Positions 23,963 through 35,900 of a stretch of DNA of 64,000 nucleotides are shown here, piece by piece. Each line of letters opens with the position of its first letter. Position 1 is the stretch's first letter. A program made the translations under genes and the position numbers. Under the pieces are notes generated by a model. The model worked only from the letters and a program-made list of their open reading frames with translations, ran no database searches and had not been told where the DNA came from. Origin of the DNA: Amoebophrya sp. A120 (taxonomy: Eukaryota; Protista; Dinoflagellata); NCBI GenBank assembly GCA_905178155.1, contig CAJINV010000005.1:1700438-1764437 (forward strand), in the 5' to 3' direction.

Positions 23963-26900
23963 TCACGTCGATCTTCTTTCCATTTTCTTATGCGAAGACG
24001 TTGTTGAGTTATCCATCTTGCCACCTGATCTCTCTTCTTTACCTCGACCACCAAAGCTCGCTCGCGTCTTCACGTTTTTATTTTTACCGCTGCGCCCGGG
24101 GGCGCTGTGGTTGGAATCCGCACTGCCCGGCTCTTCCCCGCTCAGTGACGAATGGCTGGCGGTCATCGACGAATAATAGCTCTGGTGCTGTAGTGCGGGG
24201 CCAGCACTAGCCGGCGCAGGGTGCAAAACCCCGTCCGGCGGGGCCGCGGGTTTGTGATGAAGCTGATGAAACTTCTTCAGCTTCTTGCCAAGACCTCCTA
24301 ACGAAGCGGGCGGAGGTGCTGGCGCTCCTTTATTGTTGACGATATTATTGTCCTGCTGTTTAATATTTGTTCCTAATAGTTCAACACCTCCTGCTCCCCC
24401 TCCGCGCTCCTTGTCTTTCTTCTGCTCCTCTCGTTCCTTTTTTTCTTGCAGTCGCTGGCCCCTTATTTTCAGAAAGTTCTTCAGCTTTTTCCGCACGTCC
24501 GGCGTCTGGTCGAGCTTTCCCATCACCGAGGCCTGCCGTTTGATCGACAGCTGCTCGTACCCACCGGGCCTGCTCTTGACGATGTTAGCCTTATTAGAAC
24601 TACTACCATGCTGCTCTACTTGATTAATACCGCCGGGAGCAGCACCGAATTCTTTATTCATCTGTAGATCCTTAAACAAACCTGCACCTCCTCCTGCTAG
24701 CGTTCCACGGGCGGAATGGTAGCCGGAAGCGGACGCGGTAGCAGCAGTTCCAGGACCAGCAGTTCCAGGGGCCCCCGCTCCTTTGCTGCGCCGCAGTTCA
24801 ACTACAGTTGTGCCGCGCAACATGCTGTTCCTGTGAACTAGATTAAGATTATCCCCAGCAGCAATGCCAGCAGTCGCCCCGCCGATGAAATTGTTGTTAT
24901 TGTAGTCCGCCACCGTGGTCCGCCTCTGGTCTCGTTCCCGCCACTGCGTCTTCCGTTGCCGCCGCCGCTGGTACTCCTCATCGGAAAGCACCTCGCCGAA
25001 CGACGCCCTGTACAAATCGTCGCCCGCCCGCGCCGGCTGCCCGACCAGCACGCCGGACTCAAACCGACCCCTTCGGACGGTGCCCCGGGACACGCCCTTC
25101 CCCCGCCGGCTCCGGTCATACAGCTTGTCGTCGTGCATGAAGTACCCCAACGTGCCCCAGAACAGGCACAAGAAAATGAAGGACCCGAGGCTGTACAGGC
25201 CGCCGAGCAGCGCCACGAAGCCCGAGGCGAACCCGAGCAGGGCGAGAAAGACCAGGAGAATGACCAGGAAGGCCGCGACCAGCAACCCGTAGCGAAGGTA
25301 GTTGTGGCACGGCCAGCAGCAGGTCACCAGAAGGTTCCACGCTTCTTCGTGCTCCTGCCCCGTCCAGTACTCCAGAAACACCCGTATCAGATTTTCAACC
25401 CTTACATTCTCAAGAACTGCAAGTAGATGATGTGGTCTTCATGATTTGTCATTGTCATGCAATAAAACTAGTACAATCATGAGCACCGACGCGAGCGTGA
25501 CACGATCGCGCTACTTCGCATGACAAATTCGCATCAAAGAGCCAAACAGCAACGCGGACATCTGTGCGAAATTTGTTGTAATGCAAGGCGCGTAAGGAGG
25601 TTCCCGTGTCCCCTTTCACTTTTATTGGTAATATTCTTGCAAGTCATATATAGCTATTGAGAATGTACCGCTTGAGACTCCCATAACCCGCTGGCCCCGG
25701 TTGTGGCGCTGGTCGTACAGGTACTCCTTTCCCATGGAATACAGTTTGAGGTCTTTGTAACGCCACGCGTTGTCCAGCTTGTTATGGAAGACAAATTTAC
25801 CGCAAACTACATCTAGGTACAAAAACGAGCATCACAATCACATCATCATCAAATTTAAATCTCTACTACTTCAGGAGCAACCTACAGCAGGAGGCTTGAG
25901 CTGCTGAATGAGGTTGGAATCGTCTTCATGCTGAGAACGAAGAGGACGAACAGCTTTATTGCTGGTGCCAGCATGCATCTTTATGTACTTTGTAGGTCGT
26001 GTAATACGGTAATTTCTTTTTTCCTGTGGATATTTGTTTTCTCCGCAGTACTGAAATTGCGTCTCGTCGAGCCCGAACCAGGACTTGAGCACCATGCCCG
26101 GGTTGGTGTTCAAGTACGAGTAGGAATCCGCGCGCTCCACGGCGTCATATTCCGTCGGATTCAGCTCCGCGCTGTGCCCGAAAACCGAGTCGAGGTTGCG
26201 CAACAAGAAGTGCTCCAACAGGGCGAAGAGGATCAAGTTGACCAAAACGCAGGCGAGGCCAAGCAGCCCGTGGTTGATCAGGTCCTTGGACTGAAAGATA
26301 AGCTCGTGCTCCTCGTTTTCCGACAACGAGGCGCGGTTGTTCCAGTAGCTCGCGAGCATGCCGTACATGAACACGATGAACAAAAACTGCCAGGTGGCGT
26401 TGCTGTCCACGCGGTAGGTCGCAATGGGCAGCGGTTTGGAACACTTCAAGAAGCAGTACCGCTGCCACATGTAGTACCAAAAGGCGTACACCACCAGCCA
26501 CTGGTAGATCGAATAGCTGTGGTTCTGCATGAAGATCTATCAAATGCAAAAATGTCTGCTGGGTCTGGAAACTTGTAATGCTGTGTTGGGAATAGTGAAT
26601 GCTCTGTAATGCACAGCCAAGCATGAGAAATATCTGCACTTCTTTGTGTTGCGTTTTTCGCATTGGAAACGGCATTTTTGCATGACATGCAAAAGGGTCT
26701 CTTCTTGGAGACGCATCACAAACTTTTTTCTCATGCCAGACAAGCACGACAAATCTCGCAATCTTCCAGAACCAGACATTTTTGCATTTGGTAAGATCAG
26801 CTGGATGGAGACGCAGAACGTGGTCACCAGCGAGTTCGCGTACTCCCCCGGAATGGTCACCTCCGTCGGCTCGAGCCACATCTCCGCGTCCCGCACCGTG

Positions 26901-29900
26901 GTGCTCGCACTGCCGAACGCGCGCCAGAGCCAGCGCTGCAGCCAGTGCAAGCCGTCGTACAAGAAGAAGGGCACCACGAAGACGAAAATGATGAGCTGCG
27001 CGAACTGCGTGTCGTACAGCACCCGGGCCAGCTCGTCCTCCCGCCCGGCCTCCCACACCCGGGTGTAGGCGAACCCGGAGTCCTGTTCGCGCTTCCAAGA
27101 CAAGTCCGTCTCGATGAAGACGCCCGTATGGATGTGTCAGAGTTGAAATCGACAAAGTTGAAATAATTTGTCATGCATAAAATGTATAGCGCGAAATACG
27201 TGTGTTGCAGAGCAGGCAGGTGAGGCCGATTGTAAGCCTGTTTGGGGTTACAGCTCGAGCTGCTAAAGTAGCATGAAAAAATCACTCATCTTTGCCTAAA
27301 TAGCATGACAGCCTGGATTTAGGCACTACCGAAATTTGTCATGCGCCACTTGGAAATTGGGTTCCAACTGGCATCCATTTTATGCATGACAAATTATTTC
27401 AACTTTATCGATTTCAACTCTGACACATCCATAGCCCGGGGGCGTGACGTAGAAGTAGTACGCCAAAAACGCCGGCAGAATGAACATCGAATTGAAAAGC
27501 ATCTCCGCGGAATATCCTGAGTAAAAACGTACCCACGCCAGAGTTGTAATGCAAATCTGCATGCTGAAAATGTTTCTCATGCGGAGCTCCATGAGAAGCT
27601 TTTTCTAGTCGTGTTTTGCAATTTGTCATGCTCCAATCAGCATGGTATGATAGATCTCTGATGCTGCTGAGCTAGCTCAAACAGCACTACACTACGAATC
27701 CAAATTTGTCATGCAAAACAGCCAAAACTTGTGGATTTGTCTAGCCGATTCCCCATCTTGACTCTGGTGTGGGTACGTTTTTACTCAGGATACGGAAATC
27801 CGCTCGTCCTCGTTCTGGAACATCATCTGCCTGCTGAAAATGTTGATCAAGCACAAGCCCAACACCATGCCGACGCCCCCCATGGAACCGAGCAGCGTGG
27901 ACGCGTACAGTCCGACATCTATCGTCGGCTCCTCGCCGTGCACCTTCAAGTAGGCCGTGATGTATGAACTGCAAAAGTACTATCTCACTCGACTCGTATA
28001 AATGCATTACAAATCAAAATTTCTCAGCTTCAGCAAGAGAAATGAAATAAAAATTTGTAATGGGGATTTGCCGCTTTTTTGATTGATTGATGTATGTAGC
28101 TACGCCCCGCCCTAACGTATCGCTCTACCAGCCGGAAGAAAAAGATTTGCAATGCATGATTGCAATACGAGTACGATACTTTTGCACAGGATATGATGTA
28201 CTCGCTGTAGATGTCGGTCAACACGAAGTAGACAATCCACGTGCCCACCATGAGCCCCACCCAGAACGTGGACTTCACAACCCGCTCCTTCGTGCTGCAC
28301 CCGCAGTAGTTCCAATTGAGCCCGATCGGCAGGTCGTACACCAGGCTGCCCTTGATCTCGCTCTTCCCGTCCTTCCTATCAAAGGGAAAATTTGTCTGGG
28401 TCTGGGAGATTTTTGCGAAATTTGTCACGCTAGTGTGCTGGCATGACTCTGAACTCTGTGATGTTGCGTCACCGCAAAGAGCTCCTCTTGCCTGTCATTT
28501 TCATTTCATTTCTTATGCGGAGTACGCAACTCAGAGCATGTCATGCAAAAACGCAGTTTCTTTTTCTTATGCGGAGTACGCAACTCAGAGCCACAGAAAA
28601 GCTTGTCATGCTTGGCAGCGCATTAATACTACAGTGTGCTCACTTACTATTCGTATTCCCTTCCTTGCATCACAACTTTCCAGACCCCCACCCAGACTAC
28701 ATATTTGCATCTGATACTTCCACTGCAGGTTCAATCTTTCCCCCTCCTTGTCGTTGGTGCCCTATCGTATTTAAAAACATGCCCACCCCATAGTTGTAAT
28801 GCAAATCTGCATGCTGAGAATGTTTCTCATGCGCAGCCCCATGAGAAGCATTTTCTGTTCGCGCTTTCAAATTTGTCATGCTCCAATCAGCATGCTATAC
28901 TGGATCTGTGACGCTGCTGAACAACCTCAAACACCACTACGCTACGAGACCAAATTTGTCATGCAAAACAGCCAAGATCTGTGGATTTGTCTAGCCGATT
29001 CCCCATCTTGACTATGGGGTGGGGACGTTTTTACATATGGTATGCCCGCCTTTTTCATCAGTAAGGACTTGTTCAGTTTCAGTCGGTGCAGCGCCCCCTT
29101 CCCCTTATGGCGTTCTCAACTGTTACATTCTCAACTGTTACATGAACTTGTGATGCAAGAACTGGAAAAGTGCAAGGGCGAAGGTTGCACTTGTAGCATT
29201 ACAAATTCCGCACAGATCTAAGTGCGGTTTAGGCCTTCGCAAATTTGTCATGCGGAGCAGCTTGATCGTGAGGATGATGATGGTGCTTTTGCATGACAAA
29301 TTCATGGAACAGTTGAGAATGTAACAATTGAGAATCCCATACCCCTTCTCGCTCAAGTCGAACATCTCGGACAGATTCTGCAGGTCGCGCACCGTCTTCA
29401 CCACGACATACACCTCGCCGGACGCTTCCAGGTTCTCCACCATCTGCCGCGCCTCCCGCATCTCCTCGTCAAAAATCGGGTCCTGCCGCTCGACATCGTC
29501 GGCGTACAACAGCAGCCGCCGTTGCTCCTCCATCACGTGCTCGCGCAGCTGCTGCACCCGCGGGTCCTCAGTTTCATTTTTCCCCGCGGCAGTAGCAGTC
29601 GTCCCAAGGAGCCGGGCGGAGTTGTTTCTGTCTACTTCCGAAGATATTCCCGCGCCACTGATCTTCTCGCCCAAGGCCGTGATTCTGATAGCGGGGAGAC
29701 CGGAAGACCGGTCTGACAGTTTTGTTTTGTCCTCATTGTTCTCCGGTGATGTCGTAGCAGGAGGACCATGTTGTAGCGCTGGTGGACCTTGTTGGTTAGA
29801 TGAAGTGCGATCGCTCTGTGCTGGATCAACACGAGGACCCCCAACATTAACGTCCTGTTGCACGCCGGTGGCAGCGGCCACAACTGCGGCTGAAGCGCGA

Positions 29901-32900
29901 CTGCGTGCGGCTGCGCCCGAGGCCACCGCTGCCCTCAAACTGGCCCGAGCATTCAGATTTTTTACAGAAGAAGACGCGCGAGGTGCTGAAGTAGATGCTG
30001 CAGCGCCGCCAGTGAGGGAATTATTGATGCCAGGAACAACTGTGGTGCGCTGGTGCTGCTGGGCCGCAGCTGCAGGAGATGATCCTGCTAGTCCACCTTC
30101 CGCTCCTCGCGGCCCCGGTAGTTGCAGCCCCCGCGGTACTTCCTCCGCACTCATGATCTGCAAACTGGTACTATCAGCTGCAGATTCGTCTTCGTCGGTC
30201 AGCATGGGGGAGCTGGACCCCGTGTCCCGTCCCATATCCCGGCCCGCCATGTGCTCGCCCTCCGGAAGATGATGGGGGACGAACTTCGCCGGCGTTTCGC
30301 CTTCCGACTCGGAGAAAACACGGCCGCTTCGTTGCGGCCGGAGGTTGTTGTGATTTTCTTGTCGGTGAAAAGCGGCAGACAGTGCGGCATCGCGGTCACT
30401 GTCGGACACGTCAACGACGCGCGCAACAACTTCAGTTCCGCCCGCTCTAGAGGACGAGCTGGCAGGACCACCAGCAGGAGCTCCATCACCGCGTAGAACA
30501 AGGTTCTTTCCAACATGATCTGGCGTCCCAACTACTGCACCCGACCGCATCTTTTGTTGTGCAGAAGATGTAGTTCTTGTGGCAACTAGTACCTCCCGCG
30601 CGGCTCCATTCTCATTACCATCTTCATCTGCGTTTGAAGTACTCGCTCTTGCCCCCAACATCGTCTTCTTCGCCGCAAAACCGCGGGCGGTCGTTCTCCT
30701 AGTCGCCGCCGCCGCGGCTTGCTCCTTCTCCAAGTCGCTGTCGCTCTGGAAGTCGGCGAGCATGGAGTCCGCGACTTTGTCGTCCCACCGCTGCAGGATC
30801 TCCGCGCGCCGCGCCGCCCCCTCGGGGTCAATGTCCTCGAAAAACTTGGCGTCGATCCGGGCGGTCTTGGTCCCGTAGACCCGGTCCAGACTGTAGTTCC
30901 CGTACTCGCAGTCGTTGATCACCGTGTGCCGCTCCAGGATGTTGCGGAGCAGGTCCGGGTTTGGTACGTTCCACACGTCGTAGGCGATGCTGACGTAGCA
31001 GATCTGCACCGGCATGTCGGCGCGGATCTGGTCCGCCTCCTCGTCCGACTGCAGTTCCCCCTCGTACAGCCGGATCCGCTGTTGCAGCCGCTCCCGCACG
31101 TAGTCCAGGTCCTCGTCCTGGTGCACAAACTTCAAAATTTCCAGCTCCAGCCACGCCTGGATCTCGCTCGGGTCGACCGCGTCCGGCGGAAACCCGCGCA
31201 GCTTCATCACGTAGTTGGGCATGCACGCGTTCTCCTTCTGGAAGTTCGCGGCCCAGTACCGCTGGACCGTTTCCAGCCCGAGGGTGTACACCATCGTCCA
31301 GACGGTCAGGAGGCAGCACACGTCGAAGCAGTTCACGGCGTACTCGGACTGCAGCGTGTGCATGCGCAGCCCGAGCGTGGCGGATTTGAATATGGAGGAG
31401 TCTCAAACGCTTTTATATTTTCAACTGCCAGTACATGAATTTGTATGTAGAAATGCAAGAACAGCAACAGTGAAGGGGCGACCTTCTACTTGTTCAATAA
31501 TGTTGCTTGCAAGAACTCTTGCACCACCAATTTGGCACAACGACAGATGCTGTTCTTTAATAGCCCTTTGAGCATTTGTCATGCAATTTAGCTTGATCGT
31601 CTGGTAGCTTAGGCTTACGGAATAAATTTTGCATGACAAATATTAATATTTCGTGTAACAGTTGAGAATCGTATAAAAACTGATTTGAGAACGCCATATG
31701 GAAATCCGCGCACGACTTCCGCTATGAACTGCAAAAGTATCGTACTAGTAGTAATTGCAATACAAATTAGCTCAGCATTACAAATGGAATTTGTCATGCT
31801 GTTTCGCCTTGGGGTGAAGATTTGTAATGCACGACTGCGATTGCTACGAGTACGATACTTTTGCACAGGATATCCGCATCTCCGACATGAGCACCACCGC
31901 GTGGTGGTTGTTCAGCCACGCGTAGACGAGGAGGAAGGAGACCTATGAATGTGCACAACTCCCCGTCCCCCTCATTTGTATAGCATGAACGGCAATACAA
32001 GCATCAGCAAGAATGCCGGTTTTGCATGACAAATTTGCCAACGAGTGTAGTGCTATTTGGGCTAGTACCAGAACTTGTCATGCAAACAGTGCCACGAGGC
32101 AGATGGTGGATCGAAATCGATATGGATTGGGCATTTTGCATGACAAATGATGGGGAGGGGGAGTTGTGCGGTGTCATAAGACCAGCGCGTAGACGAACAG
32201 CCCGATGAGGGAGTTGAAGTAGAGTGCGAACCCCGGGCCCGCGATGTTCTCCGAGTGGATCCGGGTCTTGAAAAAGCTGTAGTACGTGTTCGGGTTCTCC
32301 ACCGGGCGCGGGATCAGCCGCCCGCGGTGCTGCAGCCCGGCGGCCTTGTGGTACTCGTAGTTCTCGTCCCCGGGCACCTTGCAGCAGCCGTAGAAGAGCA
32401 GTCCCACGAGGAAACAGAGGAGGATCATCACGAAGCTAATGACGACGCCGCTCGCATACGCATTGTACATGCAGTAGTTCAGGCCCGCGAGCAGCGTGTA
32501 GCCCTCCTGGCACTGCAGGCACGTCCGGGGGGCGACCAGCAACTCTTCCCACGTCGTCGTGGTCCCGTCGTTGGTGTCGTCGGTCCGCCCCAGGTTGGAA
32601 ATCGCCTCCGAAATCACGTTCTCGGTGAAAAAGGCGCCCAGAATTTTGCCGCTCGTCGTGTGCTGCATGCTGATGTGCCCGGCCGTGGCGTCGGTCGGGG
32701 TCCCGGCGGTGATGTTGCCCGCATACTTTTCGATCAGGGCCATGTCCATCGGACACTCCAGGCACCCCCGGTCCTGGGGACAGGCCTCGCACTGCATCGT
32801 GATGTTGTTCCCGTACACCCGGGTCGGATTCCGGGCGCCCACGTGGCCCTGGTTGGTGCCGAAGGAGACCACCCCGCACTCCTCCTTGGCGACGCAGGAG

Positions 32901-35900
32901 AGCAGGCAGGAGAAGTAGTGGTCGATCTGCACGAAGGGGCACTCGGGGGGGCAGAACCCGGCCGCCGAGGCGCGGTTGATGGGGCTGGCGGCGTCGCAGT
33001 CCACCTGAAACAGCGTGCGGCAGGGCACGGGGTTCTTCCCCGAAACGTACCGCCCATCTACCACCTGGACGTACACGCTCTGCCCCAGGGCCTGCTTGTC
33101 GCGCCAGTCCTCGGGCTTCAGTTGTGGATCCCCAAACACCATGAAGTCCGTGGGCAGCCACCGCCGCCGGCTGCGGCCTTCTTCCTCAGCATCCGCGAAA
33201 CTGTTGTAGTAGTGTCCTTGTCCCATGTGGTAGCGGTGGGCGAGCACGCCTTGCTCCGCGGCCTCGACGTCGGGAGAAGACGAGGAGGACCGACTACTTC
33301 CGGGGGCTCCAGAAAATTCAGCGGAACTCTGCAGAAGCTGCGGCATCTTGTTCATCTCTCTTGCTTTCAGTCGCTCTAGTGATAAACCTTGTTCACGACC
33401 GTCTGTAGTTTCATTGTTTGGAATTTTCTTATTTCCCAGTAGAGTTTCACCAGCTTTGTTCCCGTACGGTACTGCGAATGGCACCGTCACGTTGGTCGCT
33501 CCTTCGCCGGCCGGAATAATCTCGGATATTTCTACCGATTGACTGCTGTGCATGTAGTCCAACAACGACCCGTCCTCCGCGTAGTCGTACTGCGCTTGGG
33601 AGTTCATCTCCGTCGCTATCAAAGGGAAAAATCCCCCCTCCCCATATCGAAACGAAGTTTCTGACGCTGGATCTGCGTACACAAATCAGGTCTGTCTTGC
33701 TGGAGAGGACTGCAGGCATATGCCAAGCCTGGGTCGCGAGGTTTTGACGTAGGGGACTAGCATGACAGATATCGGCTCTGTAAGCCCAACAGCATCACAA
33801 ACCGCCGGCATAATGCGGCGGACTCTCGGGCTTTGCCTTCCCGCAAGACAGACAGGATTTGTGACCTCAAATCTGCATCACAAATTTTCAGACGAGTGCG
33901 TTTTTAATATGGGGAGGGGGGATTTTTCCTCTTAATAATCGCCCGTGCCCGGTCCTTTTCCTGCAGGTCTTCCAGGGTCTTGGGGGGATTCTTGTCCACT
34001 GCGGTGGTCTCTATTACAGGGAAAAGTGCCCCCCACCCCTAAATTGCAAAAATTTGTGATGCGAAGTTTCCAAATGAAAACTTTTTGTCATGCATGAAAG
34101 GAGTATGAATCTTTCTGATGCAGAAAGTAGGCGTGTATCACATCGCTTGCATGACAAGTGCCGCTCTTGCTGGGGTCTTTTGCAATGCAAATTTTTGCTA
34201 TTCACGATTGAAAACCTGTGATGCAGATAGATGCAAGAGGGCGAATGTTTCATTTGGAAAGGTTTGCAATACAAATGCTCCCAAGTTCGGGGGTGGGGGC
34301 ATTTTTCATTGTAATAGTCTCCGACACGTGCACTAACACCGACGGCGCGTTCGGAATCACTTCTGCCAGGGACTAGAGCTTTAACACCCGTTAGCATGAG
34401 AAGTGGTGAATTTGTAGTGAATTTTGCATGCCAAATTGCAGTTGAGCCCGCCGGGACATTGTCCCTCTTGGCCCTGTTCTGGGAAGTAGAAGGCCCTGCA
34501 CCGCGCAGCAGCCGCGGGCATTTGTGCAGTGGGCAGCCAGAGGACATGGCCCGGGCGCCGTTCTTTGGGCAGGTTTTTGCGCCTCCGGGTTCTCGCAGAA
34601 GAGCACTGCAGCAGCCGCGGCAAAGACGCCAGAAATAAAGGCTGCGAAGCGCATACAACTAAGCAAGAAGGCAGGCAAGGACGAAAGGACCCGGCCGAGA
34701 GCTTTGACGCATTTTCCCGGCAGGCGCGTGAAATCTTGCGGCATTTTCAGCAGAATACAGGCGGGCTTAGGGCAGCAGAGGACTACGCTTTTTCCCCCTT
34801 TGCGTTCCTTCTCATGGCCTATCTGTGCACTTTTTTGAGCACTTTTCTGCGCTAAAGTTTGCTTATCACGGTCGAAAATGGGCGCCCGGTGAATTTTGGG
34901 GTGAATTTTGAAAAGGGCGCCGGTGAATTTTGGCCTCCGGCTCCTTTTCAAAATTCGCTAGCGCGTGAGAAACTCCGGGTTTGGGGGCTTCAAAAAAGTG
35001 TCGCAAAAACAAAAAGCCTCAAAATTCACCAAGAGAATTCTTGACCTGAGAGCCACCTCGAAAAAGACTTGCTCCGGGGGCAAAAACACGCCTGGGGAGT
35101 TGTAAGCCGAGCACACCAGGCCAAGCAAGCTAGTGCCCGTAGCCGAGTCGTGCCTTCCTTTCCACCCGAGGCTACTCCCAGATATCCAATTCCAAGCCAC
35201 AACCACAACTCGTGAGAGCGCACGTGTTGAACTAGTGCCCCTGTGTTCAGGCGTCGCCCTCCCTCCCGACCATTCCGGAGAGGAACTTCTGAGGCAGACG
35301 CGCAGATGAACAAGAGCCCCACGACCCACACTCTTTGGTTACATATGCACTACACAGTCCGGCGGGCCCCAGCAAGACCTACCACTACTTCTTTCGGTGC
35401 TGCAAGTGCCACCTGGCACCGAGCAGCCCTTCACGCTGCGTGAGCTGCTTGGGCTCGTGCCCAGCCCTTTACGCAGCGCACTTCTCTTTTGAAGTGAATG
35501 CAAGTCATGCAATACAAATTCACTGCAAATTCACCCTTCTGTATGCTAACGACCGTCCAAGGCATAAGCCACTAACACCGACGGCGCGTTCGGATTCACC
35601 GAGGCTCCTGCCTGTTGCTGTTGTAGTGTAGACAACTGGCTGTCTGTTCCGATCAGATGAGCCCTGGAGCTGAAAATCAGCTGCGTAGAGTTTCTTGCTT
35701 CGCTAGAAGTTGTACTCTGTTCGGGGCCACTAAGCTCGCCATACTCACCTGGCGGCGCGGGCGGAACAAGTCCTCGCGCATCATAGGCCGCGCCACCCCG
35801 ACCTGCTCGTCCTGTGGTTTCTTTTTTTCCAGAAGTAGAGGAGACAGAATTTGAAGATGTCCACGACCTTTCTTGCCAGTTCAATCTTCGCTTGTCCGCC

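Noticed and set aside
28074-28130. tRNA fragment (TGGTAGAGCG on the minus strand)
   Set aside because: It is only a 10-nt A-box-like match, with no cloverleaf or B-box.
29328-33379. Long plus-strand ORFs (e.g. 29328-30272, 32255-33379, also 47501-48373 and 59166-59999)
   Set aside because: They are antisense shadows of GC-rich minus-strand exons.
34391-35443. Transposase or reverse transcriptase ORF in the long inserts (34374-35566, 57470-58083, 3052-4193)
   Set aside because: No DDE or RT motifs are recognisable in any supplied translation.
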